A stretch of 64,000 nucleotides of DNA from Zygnema circumcarinatum SAG 698-1b (Eukaryota > Plantae > Zygnematophyceae). The translations under genes were made by a program, and so were the position numbers. The stretch lies in NCBI GenBank assembly GCA_037447605.1, contig CM074811.1:3286001-3350000 (forward strand). Reading direction: 5' to 3'. Of the stretch, positions 10,301 through 22,137 are shown in pieces. The notes below the pieces were generated by a model. It was not told the DNA's origin. It worked only from the letters and a program-made list of their open reading frames with translations, and did not search any database. The first letter of the stretch is position 1. Every line of letters starts with the position of its first letter.

Positions 10301-13300
10301 CCCCGAACCTGTCTGTCACGTCCGTACGGCGGAATAGGTTACAAAAATGTCCCCAAATTTCAGAATTCCGCTCGCCGAAACGCAGGGCCTCCGGGCCTGC
10401 GTTTCGAAATTCCAGCTTTCCGCCGATGAGGAATCGTGCCCCGCCTTGTCGCCATGCGCGTCACGCCCGAGCGAGCGCCTATCGCAAGTGTGAGGCGCGC
10501 GTGGCGACAAAACGGAGGGCGGCGGGCGGCGGGCGGCAGAGGGAGCGCGGGGGGGCGAAAAGGGGGGAGTCAAACCTGGCCCGGAGATACAAAGGTAAAA
10601 TAATTGCTCTCTTGAATTCGCGGCGCCCGAGCCTGTCGAACGTCCACTTTTGGCGAAAAAGGCCAGCCGTACAACGCGGAATTGGCCCGACGGGCTCGCG
10701 GAATTGGTTTGGCGCTGGTCAAGGTCTGACTCCCCCTAATGCTTGGGATGTGACGTGACGCGACGTGACGTGACAATAATTGGTGGCCTGTGATTTTTGT
10801 TTTTTGGCTTCGATGTAATGAGAATTACAAAAGCGACATTGCAGCTTTGCTGTTTGTATAGGCAGCCATCGAAGGTCATTTTCTAACTCTCTGAAGTGGG
10901 GTTTTACCGTTGCAGAAACCTGCGGAAATGTCATTCCCAACTACTTGTTAGTTCGAAATGTGAACTATTGGCCCTCGGGAACATCGAACATTGGCCTTTT
11001 CACTCAGCCCCTTAGTCCTCAGGGCTGCGCTCAGAGGTGCAACAATGACACGAACTGCTTTGGAGTGCTTTATCGCGGAGTGGGCTGCTATTTGAAAGTG
11101 GCTCCATCAGGGACCCCCGTTTACACCATTGGCTTGGATTCATACGTACAGTGCCCATACATCTACTCCCCACCCCCTCCCTCTCCTCCCCCTCCTCCTC
11201 CCTCCCCTCCACCACCACCTTCACCCCCTCCTTCACCCCCTCCTTCTCCTCCACCCCCTCCTCGTCCCCCGCCATCTCCACCCAAATCCCCCCCTCCAAG
11301 GCCTCCTCCTCGCTCCCCCCCTCCCTCCCCCCCCCTTCCTCCTTCTCCTCGTCCTCCTCCCGGATCACCCCCTCCCCCTCGCTCACCTCCCCTCCCTCCC
11401 TCCCTCCCCCCGGGGTCACCTCCCCAACCTGCTCCCTCTCTGCCTCCTCCGACCACGACTCCGCCACCTTTATCAGGTGTGCGCCCAAACTCTCGAGTCT
11501 TGGTTTTTAGTATGCTTCGCTTGCTTATATGTGGAACAATGTCACGTCACATGTGGCCATGCATGCATGCAATTCATTTGCGAAACTCTTAACTTAAAAT
11601 CTTAACTTAAAACTCTTAATTCGAAACTTTTTTTGGCGGATTTTGGCAGAGTACTGCGGCCGAGTCATCGACGGCTTCTTATACGTCCCGAATACAAACT
11701 CCTTCGGAGCGAACCTCTACTTCTTCTCTCCCGCCACTCCGACTCAATGCGCGCAGTCATGCCTCACAGAGCCCCTTTGTGTGGGCTTCCTCTTCGAGCC
11801 GGCGGGGCCCTCCTGCTACTTGAAGCGTGGCTTGAGCGACCCCCCCCTTGTATATGGGGGAGACTCGTACATATTATGTAACCGCACCACCCCTGCGCAG
11901 ATCTTTCTCTCTTCCTCTCCGCCTCCCGTTCCACCTTCTCCTCCGCCGCTACCTCCATCTCTCCCTCCCTCCCCTCCTCTGCCAGCACCCCCCCCACCAG
12001 GTGCCTCCTCTCACCTTTGCCAGAAAGAAAATAGGTTAAAACTAATTTCGCAAAAAAAGGTAACTGTGATGCTGGCACTTACAATACACGACTACGTGAC
12101 CTTAATGTTTTTGATTTTGCAGTTTTTGGTGATTTGGGTTTCAAGGGTTTTGGAATTCCTTACGTTTGCAGGGTTTTGCTTCGTTTTCTAACATTCATTT
12201 CATGAACGGCAGAGGTCTGCGGGAGCGTGGTGGCCAACTACATCGTGACACGTGGCACCAACCTTTGGACTACGGGCGTGACAACTCTCGGAATTTTTTT
12301 GCTGCCCGCAACTCCATGGCAGTGCGCGATCTCGTGCAGCAGCGACCCGCTCTGCGTCGGATTCCTCTACTCCGGTTCGGGCTGCTACAAAAAAATTTCC
12401 CCACAGGGCCTGCCGGCGGCCGATGCAAGTTCAGACTCGTTCCTTTGGTGTGCGCCAAATCCGCCACCGCCGCAGCCTCCACTTCCACCTCAGCTGTCAC
12501 CTCCTCCTTCTCTTCCTCCCTCACCTCCTCCTTCGCCTCCTACCCCTCCTCCTTCATCTCCTCCTCCTCCTCCTCCTCCTCCTCCCTCACCACCTCCTTC
12601 GCCACCTTCACTTCCTCCCTCACCTCCTCCTTCGCCTCCTTCACCTCCTCCCTCATCTCCTCCTCGTTCTCCTCCTCCCTCGCCCCCTCCTTCGCCACCT
12701 TCACCTCCTCCCTCACCTCCTCCTTCGCCTCCTTCACCTCCTCCCTCAGCTCCTCCTCCTCCTCCTCCCTCACCACCTCCTTCGCCACCTTCACCTCCTC
12801 CTTTACCTCCTCCTCCTTCTCCTCCTCCTCTCTCACCACCTCCTTCTCCTCCTACGCCTCCACGACCACCCCCAAGTTCGCCTTCTCCTCGACCCCCACC
12901 ACCCCCTCGTCCTCCCTCCCCTCTGCCTCCCCCACCTTCTCCTCCCCCTCTCCCTCCTCCACTCCCACCTTCTCCACCGCCCTCCCCTCCACCTCTACCA
13001 CCTTCTCCTCCCCCTCTCCCTCCCCCCCTCCCCCCCTCTCCGCCACCATCCCCTCCGCTTCCCCCACCTTCACCTCCCCCTCTCCCTCCTCCCCCCCCTC
13101 CCCCTCCACCACCCTCCCCTCCTCCTCCCTCTGGTAAGGACCAATCACCCCACCTCACAGAATTCACTATCATATCGCAACTTTTGTCTCTGTCCACCCT
13201 TAAAGCGACTGTTAGAAATTTCAAAAGACTTTCAGGAAAAACCTTTTAGGCTGTAGCTACAGTGGAGTAACCTGACCTTGTGTTGGGGTGATGTTTGTTG

Positions 13301-14025
13301 CATACAATGTGTGCAGATTGTGGCGCCATTGTTCCCAACTACGCCTTCTATTCCAACCGCACATTTGAGGGATATGAGATGGGCACGGCTCCTGCCAATG
13401 TGACCAACTGCACGATGCAGTGCATGGCCGACCCACTATGCGCCGCCTTTACTCTATCAAGCGACACGTGTCACTTTAAGATGTACATTCCCTCTGGAAG
13501 TTCGGAAAGCGACGGGTCAAAATGGGTCGTCTGTTCGAGGGAGCCGGCCGGTACGCAGCAGCCCAACCCTTCCTTCTTAGGGTTTGCAAATGTCCAAGGC
13601 AAGGTTTAGGGAAACGGAAACGAGGGCTATATATGGCATTCCTTCCCTCCCTCCCTCCCTCCCTCCCTCCCTTCCCTCCCCTCCCTCTCTTCCCTCCCTC
13701 CCCTCCCTCNNNNNNNNNNCCCTCCCTCCCCTCCCTCCCCTCCCTCCCTCCCTCCCCTCCCTCACATGTTTTTCTCTCTTTCACCACTCCGTCTGCAGGA
13801 GCATGCGGCGCGTCTGTCCCGAACTTCTCCCTCTGGGCGGGCCGCGACTCCTTCGGACCCGACTCGTCCCGTCTGCCCTCGCCCGACGTCGCCGTCTGCG
13901 GCCTCGCCTGCTCTGCGGACGCGTCCTGCGCCGCCTTCGTCTTCTACAACAGCGTCTGCTACTTCAAGAACGCGACGGGACCCCTCACGTACAACAGAAA
14001 CGCTTACTACTACAAAAAATGTTGA
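7357..14025 (+). CDS. Secreted chimeric hydroxyproline-rich glycoprotein: signal peptide, propeller-like domain, SP(n) extensin tracts and six PAN/Apple-like modules (about 1377 aa)
   Basis: Exons 7357-8335, 8789-9130, 9357-9875, 10916-11476, 11650-12000, 12213-13133, 13317-13550 and 13799-14025 total 4134 nt; all introns are phase 1. N-terminus MAGGRGAAAAAALLLLLLSSVPRPASA-QS resembles a signal peptide. Six repeats of xCG...CxxxC-x5-C-x2-(F/V)...C(Y/H)xK...C match PAN/Apple cysteine spacing. Confidence 0.88.
10016..10165. repeat. (GTGAC)n microsatellite region flanking the MITE
   Basis: gtgacgtgacgtgac runs; the same motif resumes at about 10748-10773 on the other side of the element. Confidence 0.8.
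10177..10737. mobile_element. Non-autonomous DNA transposon (MITE), 561 bp, in intron 3 of the PAN/HRGP gene
   Basis: Terminal inverted repeats AGGGGGAGTCAGACCTTGACCA(T/G)CGCC, 27 bp with one mismatch. AAT flanks both ends (10174-10176 and 10738-10740); an alternative reading is TA flanking GGGGG...CCCCC. No transposase ORF. Confidence 0.8.
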
Positions 14026-14910
14026 GAGCGTCCCTCTCCCTCTCCCTCCCCTCTCCCTCTCCCTCTCCCTCTCCCCCTCTCCCGTCCTCCCCCCCTCTCG
14101 TTCTACAAACTCTAGCTTGTGGCAGCCAATCTCTGGCTACCACGTGGTAACAAATAATAGGCGAGAGGAGAGTATATATTGTTACCTTTGTAAAGGCGGT
14201 GGGGATTTAGTGTAGTTGCTATTTAGGTCTTTTTTGCGGACAATATTAATCTCAGTTACCATTTTCGAGGGAGCGGGGGAGGACCCTTCCCTTCGAGTGT
14301 AAGATGTCGGTTTGAGTTCCCACTGTGCCCATAAAAACGATGGTCTTCTGCCGTTCTTTTCACTTTCTTTTTTTCTTTTTTTTAATTTTTTGTTATTATT
14401 TTTTACAAAAAATTACTTGTTTGCAAAAGCCCAAGTTCAACAAGGCGTTGTTACGTGGCGACTATTGCGTGCCCTGATCTCTCATAAACAGAGTATCACC
14501 GCCAAAAATAAATAAAAACAAGTTTGTGAATGGTCACAGCTGACACCACTCGGCAACCTTTTTGAGTGGGTGCTCCAATGATAGAGATACCCAATAGGAA
14601 CGCACTCTCAAGGTCAAGGCCAATCACCAGCCGCCACATCAGGAAAAATTTCTACCTCGCAACTAGAAATGAAAATCACAACCTTTATGGTGTGGGTTCG
14701 CGGACAGCAACAAACCCACTTTCAGTTTTTGGCCATAGAGCACATTTCCTGCTTTCAGTTATTCGCCTAAAACCAGGACTTTTTAAACACCATTTTTCTC
14801 AACTGGATTCCATTTTTGGATATTTTTTCCATTTTTTATGGCGTTCCATGTTTCACATCCTGCCGTTGAACGGACAGTTTTACGGACGACAGACGGTTCT
14901 ATGTGCCGCC

Positions 14911-17900
14911 TTATAGGAGGAGAGTGATGGGGTCTTCTGTAAGGGCTTTGAATGCTCCCAGCCATTGAGCTCCCAGGGCACCTGCATGCAAAATGAACAA
15001 GAAAAATAAATTTAAAACAAAAACTTAAGTAGAAAAAATAGGTAATAGAAAGAAAAAGCAAGACAACGCCCCTCCCCCCTCCCCCCTCCCCCCTCCCCCT
15101 CATATCCTATCTCTCTACAAGCAAAGCCAAGAGTTGTTCCATGTCCACCCACCATCGATAACACGGTGATCGCAACTGAGCGTGACTGACATGTAGAGCG
15201 CCTTCTCGTACTCGCCCGCCTCCTTCGCGGGAACCACTCGGACCTCCGCTGCACCGCCCCTCCGAGTTCTCGCTTCAGAAATTGTGGGAGCAAAACACGT
15301 TTGAAAGGTGATAGAAAAGCGCAAAAAAGTATCTTTTTTTTTTTACATTTCTCACCGCCAGCATCAAGCCTTAAGGTCTAGAGAATCAGTTTGAAAAGGG
15401 ATCAAAGGAGGAAAGAAAGAGAGGGGAAGGGACAGTGAGAGAAAGAGGGGGGGAGGGAAAGAGGGGGAGGCAGATGAAGTGGAACGGGGAAAGAGAGAGG
15501 GAGAAGGAGAGGGTGAGGAAGTGGGAGAGAGGGAGAGAGAGAGGGGAAGGTGGGGGAGAGAGCTCACTCCCTCCAACAGCGAGGATGCAGGCCTGAGGAG
15601 GGTTGATGATGGCTGCAAAGGACTTCACTCCGTACATTCCAAGATTTGATATGGCGAACGTTCCACCCTGTATGTGCACGTAATAAAACCAGCTCAGTTT
15701 CAGTTCAGTCCTCCGTTCAGTTTGGTCACTCCCAGTTTAATCCCTACTTCTGTTCAGTTCCGCCACCCTTCCGTCCAGTTTCATCTCAATTCCGTTAGGA
15801 AACCCACCTTCAAAAACAAGAAAACCAGTTTTCTGAGTTCCAAGGAGGTAAATGTACTTTTTTAACTCATATATATACATATTCTGATCAAATTATTTTT
15901 TAATACTTTTTAGGGAATTAGGGTCAGGGTTTGGCCCGACCTGAAACTCGTCCGGTCGGAGCTTGTTCTCGCGGGCCTTCTCCGCGAGCCTCTTAACGTC
16001 CTCGGAGATGCTCGCGAGGCCCTTCTTGTCAGCGTCCTGCAGGGCCACAATGCGCCCTACCGCTGTGAGGGTGGGNNNNNNNNNNAGGGAGGGGAGGGAG
16101 GGGAGGGAGGGAGGGAGGAGGCAGAGGGGAGGGAATTGCACTTCTTCCGATGTCATTAACAAACTTTTAAACTTCCGACGATATACATGCATATGCCGTC
16201 CACACTTTTCACTCTCTCTCTCTCCCTCTCACACTCTCATCAATATTCGTCCTCCACTTTTCTCCCTATCACTCGTTCGTCCGCCTTCCTCTCCCTCCAT
16301 TTTCCACTCCCTTTCTCCCCTTCCCCGCCTCTCCTTTTCCCCATCTCTCCCTGCATCCCTCCCTCTCCTCCAACTCTCACCCTCCCTCCCCCTCTCCCTC
16401 GCCCTCGCCCTCTCCCTCCTGCCCGGCCCTCTCTCCCACCTTGACAATGGGCACCATGAGGCCAAAGTCGGTCTGCACCGCCACGCTGATGTCCACATTG
16501 TGATATCTGCTCCAAAACCACGCGGAAAAAGAAATTAGAAATAAACAAAACGGAAGGTAGAAAATAGAATTCACATATTCTAAATCACGCCGCGGGCAGC
16601 AAAACCAAAAAAACCCATTAGAATGAATGGATCACTTCTGAAATTGTGAAATGTTTATTTGATTACGGTTAAAAATGGGGCAGTTGCCTCCTTTAATATT
16701 GTGGATATCCTGACAGAAGCTAAAACTTGGGAGCGGGGGGGGAAGGGGAGTTAGAAAATGAGAGGAGAAAGCGAGGGAGAGAGAGAGAGAGTGTGGGATA
16801 GAGAGACAGACAGAGAAAGAGAGAGGGGAGCGAGGGGGAGAGTGTAAGAGTGAGAAAGAGAGAGTGGGATCGGCAGAAAGAGGAAGAAGTCCAGGAGGAG
16901 AGAGCGAGAGAGCGCGAGAGTGAGAGAGCGAGAGAGAGCGAGAGAGAGAGGGAGGAGGGGGGCTGTCCCTACTGCCGAATGTATTCATCCGTCCAAGATG
17001 CGTTGCACTGCGGAACTTTCTTAAGAGCCATTGCCGCTGCCTGCATCCCCAATATCCAAACATACTCCAACTTTTTGTTATTATTCAAGACAAAAGTAAA
17101 AGATAAAAAGTTGAAACAGCGAGCCTCAATTTAGACCTTCTAAACCCCAAAGGTTTTTCACCTTAATTACGAAATCGTTAAGAGAAAGTTTTTTTCCGCC
17201 CGCCTTCTCCTGCGCTGCATTCAGCTCCGCCCTTAACCTGCCCCCCCTCGCTCTCCCCTCCCCTTCTCTCTCTCAGTCTCTCTCTCTGAAAGAGAGACAA
17301 AGGGAGAGACAGCAGTAGCATAACTGCTAACGGAAGATCCATGACTGCACTCAACATGAGGTCTCAACAACTTAAACTGCGGGCAATACAAGAAACTGTG
17401 ATGTATAGATTTCTACACATATATAGACATACAGAGAGAGACAGAGAGAGAGACGGAGAGGAGGAGAAGAGGAGAGAGAGAGCACTTATTGAGCTTGTCG
17501 ACTCGCACGTCCACAGTGAGGTAGTAGTGAGGAATAGTCTGCTTTGATTGGAGCAGCCTTTGAGCCACAATCTGCATTTCTCGCCAAAAAAAAACAAATA
17601 GTAAGGGTCAGAAAAAAAGGGAAGTGGGGGGGGGGGGGGGGGAGCACAAGAAAAAAAAAAAAAAANNNNNNNNNNCCCCCCCCCCCGAGCACAAGAAAAA
17701 CAAAAAAAAACTAAAGAAATAGACCAGAAATATCTCCTAGAAGTCTTCATAAGGGCCAACAAATAGCAAGAAAACAAAAAGGAGAGGAGTGAGATTTCCT
17801 CACAAACCCCAATATGCAAGTCTTGTAATAACTGAATTACTCATAGTTCGCACCTTCCTTATTTGGGTGTGAGGGAGGTCCGTGTAACTCTCTCCCGCTA

Positions 17901-20900
17901 TCGCGGGAGGTGCATGGGAGGAGGGAGCAGGCTCGGGACCCTTGGCTGCCCGTGAAAAAAAAAAAAGCATCAGAGAATAGGATGATGGAAATATGAATTG
18001 ACGGCATTTCTAAAAACAGTAAACTTTATGAAACTTGGTAGTTTTGGTGTCTTAGTAAAACGCGGAGGGATTGTAGAGGAAGCAGGGGATGGGTATGGAN
18101 NNNNNNNNNGGGAGGGGGGTGGGGGAAGGGAGGGGGGAGAGGAAGGGAGGGGGGGGGAGGGGAGGGAGAGAGGACATACCCAAAAAAGTCCTCAATGTCA
18201 GCCTTCACAATACGTCCATCAGGTCCTGTGCCTGTCACCTTTGAAATGTCCACCTGTCGCTCTCCCATAGGCCCAAAAGTGCAAATTAAATTTTGGAATT
18301 TGCATACACAGTTTGGCTACTGCCCGCTTGTTCACTGCGTTATTTCAAAAACAATGGAACCAGTTTTCATGCAATTCCTGGTCCATGAACACAATTATCC
18401 CTCTCTCTCGTCATCCCCCCTTCCGCCCGTTGCCACTTCCCTCCCTCTCACTCTCCTCTTCCCTCTCACCTCCCGCTGCCTCCCTCCCTCACCGCACGTC
18501 TCCCCTCTCTCACTTCCCTTTCCCACCACATCCTTTCCCCTCCCCCCCTTCTAGTATACAACAACTCCATATGAACCAATCCAAAATACCTTGTTATCTT
18601 CAGCCAATTTTTTGGCCGCGGGACTGGCAAACACTCGGCCTCCTGGGGGAGAGGGAGGGGGAGAGGGAGAGGAAGGAGGAGGAGGAGGAGGAGGGGGAGG
18701 TGCAGGAGCCTCCTGCTTTGGTGGAGGTGGCGGAGGGGAGCCTCCCTCCTTGGGAGGGGGAGGGGTGGAGGGAGTGCCTCCGGGAGAGAAATCCGCAAAC
18801 TTGGCAATGTCCTCTTCACTCTCGACCATGATGGCAATAGGCTGCAAAGGAAGAACAAACCATTATTTACACATACAATGTATATGTATATATAGAACAA
18901 AGGGCTTGTACTCACATGTTTATATTGAACGGCATTTTTTAGAGCGTCTTGAACACTTGCGGTTGGAGGGAGAGAGGGAGGGAGAGAGGGAGGGAGGGAG
19001 GNNNNNNNNNNGGGAGGGGGGTGGGGGAAGGGAGGGGGGAGAGGAAGGGAGGGGGGGGGAGGGGAGGGAGAGAGGACATACCCAAAAAGTCCTCAATGTC
19101 AGCCTTCACAATACGTCCATCAGGTCCTGTGCCTGTCACCTTTGAAATGTCCACCTGTCGCTCTCCCATAGGCCCAAAAGTGCAAATTAAATTTTGGAAT
19201 TTGCATACACAGTTTGGCTACTGCCCGCTTGTTCACTGCGTTATTTCAAAAACAATGGAACCAGTTTTCATGCAATTCTGGTCCATGAACACAATTATCC
19301 CTCTCTCTCGTCATCCCCCCTTCCGCCCGTTGCCACTTCCCTCCCTCTCACTCTCCTCTTCCCTCTCACCTCCCGCTGCCTCCCTCCCTCACCGCACGTC
19401 TCCCCTCTCTCACTTCCCTTTCCCACCACATCCTTTCCCCTCCCCCCCTTCTAGTATACAACAACTCCATATGAACCAATCCAAAATACCTTGTTATCTT
19501 CAGCCAATTTTTTGGCCGCGGGACTGGCAAACACTCGGCCTCCTGGGGGAGAGGGAGGGGGAGAGGGAGAGGAAGGAGGAGGAGGAGGAGGAGGGGGAGG
19601 TGCAGGAGCCTCCTGCTTTGGTGGAGGTGGCGGAGGGGAGCCTCCCTCCTTGGGAGGGGGAGGGGTGGAGGGAGTGCCTCCGGGAGAGAAATCCGCAAAC
19701 TTGGCAATGTCCTCTTCACTCTCGACCATGATGGCAATAGGCTGCAAAGGAAGAACAAACCATTATTTACACATACAATGTATATGTATATATAGAACAA
19801 AGGGCTTGTACTCACATGTTTATATTGAACGGCATTTTTTAGAGCGTCTTGAACACTTGCGGTTGGAGGGAGAGAGGGAGGGAGAGAGGGAGGGANNNNN
19901 NNNNNGGAGGGAGGGAGGGAGGGAGGGAGGGAGACGCTGACCTGGCCCACAGGGATGTCTTTGGCGCCGTCCTCCAAAATAATCTTTGCCAAGAAGCCGT
20001 CCTCCATGGACTCCATTTCCAAAGTGGCCTTGTCCTGGCCCGCCCCACATCACCACGCATGACGTCATCATCAACAACAACATCATCATCATTATTGTCA
20101 TAAGGACATCATGAATATCACGATTAAGAATTCCACTAGGTTTGCATCCAAAAACTTCTAAAACTTAAACCTGACACCACTGCGGCAAGGCCTATATGAA
20201 CCTAATTATCACGCATAAATGATTCTGTAATCAGTTATTATTCTCCTCTTATCATCCTCATTCTATTCGTTGTAAAGGTTGGGTGAAAGTAGGGAGAGAG
20301 AGGGAAGAGTGTGGGTGGATGGATTGAGAAACCGGTTCAGAGAATTTTTTTAAGTAAAATGCTCACTTACCTTTCTCCTTTTTGACCGCCGAAATTCAAA
20401 AACGTGCTCAATGAATCAGATACATTCACATGCCTCCTCCCTCTCCCCTCTCCCCTCTCCCCTCTCCCCTCTNNNNNNNNNNTCCCCTCTCCCCTCTCCC
20501 CTCTCCCCTCTCCCTCTCCCTCTCCCTCTCCCTCTCCATCACTCTCTCGCTCATGCATGCCCATATGTCTTACGTTGGTCACTTACCGTCTCAATCTCAC
20601 AAAGAACATCTCCGGCTGCCACAGAGTCGCCGACTTTTTTCCTCCACTTTGCAATGTTGCCCTGCATATCCCTCATACGATAATACTATTGAGATGGCAA
20701 ATATTTAAGCTTCTGAATCAGATCTAAAGCTCCCAAAAAAGAAAAGTCTTACAAAAGCTCCAATGGAACATGTGCCTTACGCCTGTACCATGGTGAAGGT
20801 AGTTGCTAACAATAGACATGAACATGAATCTTTGGTTAATTTCTTATTTCAAAATACCTGAGTCATTGTTGGTGACAAGGAGGGCATCCCAATTTCCTCA

Positions 20901-22137
20901 TGAGGAGGCACTGCAGTTGCATACCCCAAGCACGCTTCTAATTAGGTTATAAAAACGGGACGATTCCAAGACTATATAGGGAGAGAGAAAACGAGAGAGG
21001 ACGAGAGAGAGAGAGAGAGAGAGTTTCTTCGCGTTCAGTTACAGTCTGAATTTAATTCAAAGCGTTTCAATGCAGACTTGGGAAACGAAAAGGGAAAAGA
21101 ATTAGGGTCGCTGAGGTACAATAGACACAAAGGCATGCTCGCAAGAAAAGTCAAAGTGTCTATATATTTGAAAACTTTAATCGAAGTAAATATGGATTAA
21201 AGTGACAACATCACTCTAGAAAACATACTTCGTGTCTATCAGCTCTCTCACCCCTCTCCCTGTTCTACATAGGTCTGTTCTTCTCAGAAGAGAGCAACAG
21301 ATAGGGAGGGGGGGGCGAGAGGGGGAGGCGGGGCGAGAGAGAGTGCCAGTAAGGAAAAATGAGAGGGGGAGAGAGTGTGTGTGCGCGTGAGAGAGTGAGC
21401 GCGGGATAGAGCAAGAGAGAGGGGTTGTGTGTGTGAGCGCGTGAGAGAAAGATAGGTCCGTACAGTCCGCGGCTGCAGCAAATGTTCGTCTGAAGCTTTG
21501 TCGATGCTTCAACGGTAGCAATGCCGACGCGCCTCTGCAGAAGGGAAAAAAAGAACGAAAGAAAAAGAAATTTCAAAGCAAAAGGTTGAAACTTGATCGT
21601 TGAAACAGGGAAGAAAAAATAAAAAGAAGGTTCAAAACTCGGTCCAAAAGGTTTCCTGTTCAAATAATAGGAACAAGAACGCTTAAAAGTATACTGCAAA
21701 AAAAAAACTGAAAGTAAAACAAAAGCACGTCCTTGAGCAGACAGAGCAGACAGACGGTCTTACAAAAAAGAAATTAAGCTCATTCCTGAAAAATGGCACC
21801 AGAGAAAGTAACCAGAAAGCGACAAAAGCTAAATGATTACCTGATTTCATCAAACGAGTTAAACATATAAATAAATAAGCAAACAGCGGAAAGGATAAGG
21901 AATGAATATATTAGAAAAGAGAGAGAAGTGGGAAGGGGGAGGAAGGAGAGACCTTGGCGGCAGAGCTCCCTCCATGGCGGATCTGAGGCCTCCTCCCTCC
22001 CCCACTCCCTCTCCTCTCCCGAGCTTCCCACCATGGTTGCCGCCCTGCCAACAGGCAACACCCCTCACCTCCCTTCCTCCCTTCGCGGATCGCTCCACCG
22101 CCTTCACCACAAACCGCCCCACCCTGCGAGACGCCAT
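14911..22137 (-). CDS. DLAT: Dihydrolipoyllysine-residue acetyltransferase (E2) of mitochondrial pyruvate dehydrogenase, single lipoyl domain
   Basis: Exons include 20858-20910 ([11 protein letters not shown]), 20587-20661 and 19942-20034 (GNIAKW...EIET|DKATLEME, lipoyl-Lys), 19490-19741 ([12 protein letters not shown]), 19082-19154 ([14 protein letters not shown]), 17854-17945, 17486-17571 ([10 protein letters not shown]), 17162-17237, 16973-17040, 16440-16506, 15941-16036, 15568-15667 ([10 protein letters not shown]), 15153-15248 (SCDHRVIDG) and 14911-14981 (stop). Likely start MASRRVGRF at 22137; the transit-peptide exon junctions are not fully resolved. Confidence 0.95.
18110..19001 (-). 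other. Gap-bounded duplicate of 19012-19895 (two E2 exons), probable assembly artefact
   Basis: Flanked by N gaps at 18100-18109 and 19002-19011. This copy has one extra A in a homopolymer that frameshifts the KADIEDFL exon; the other copy is in frame. Confidence 0.85.
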
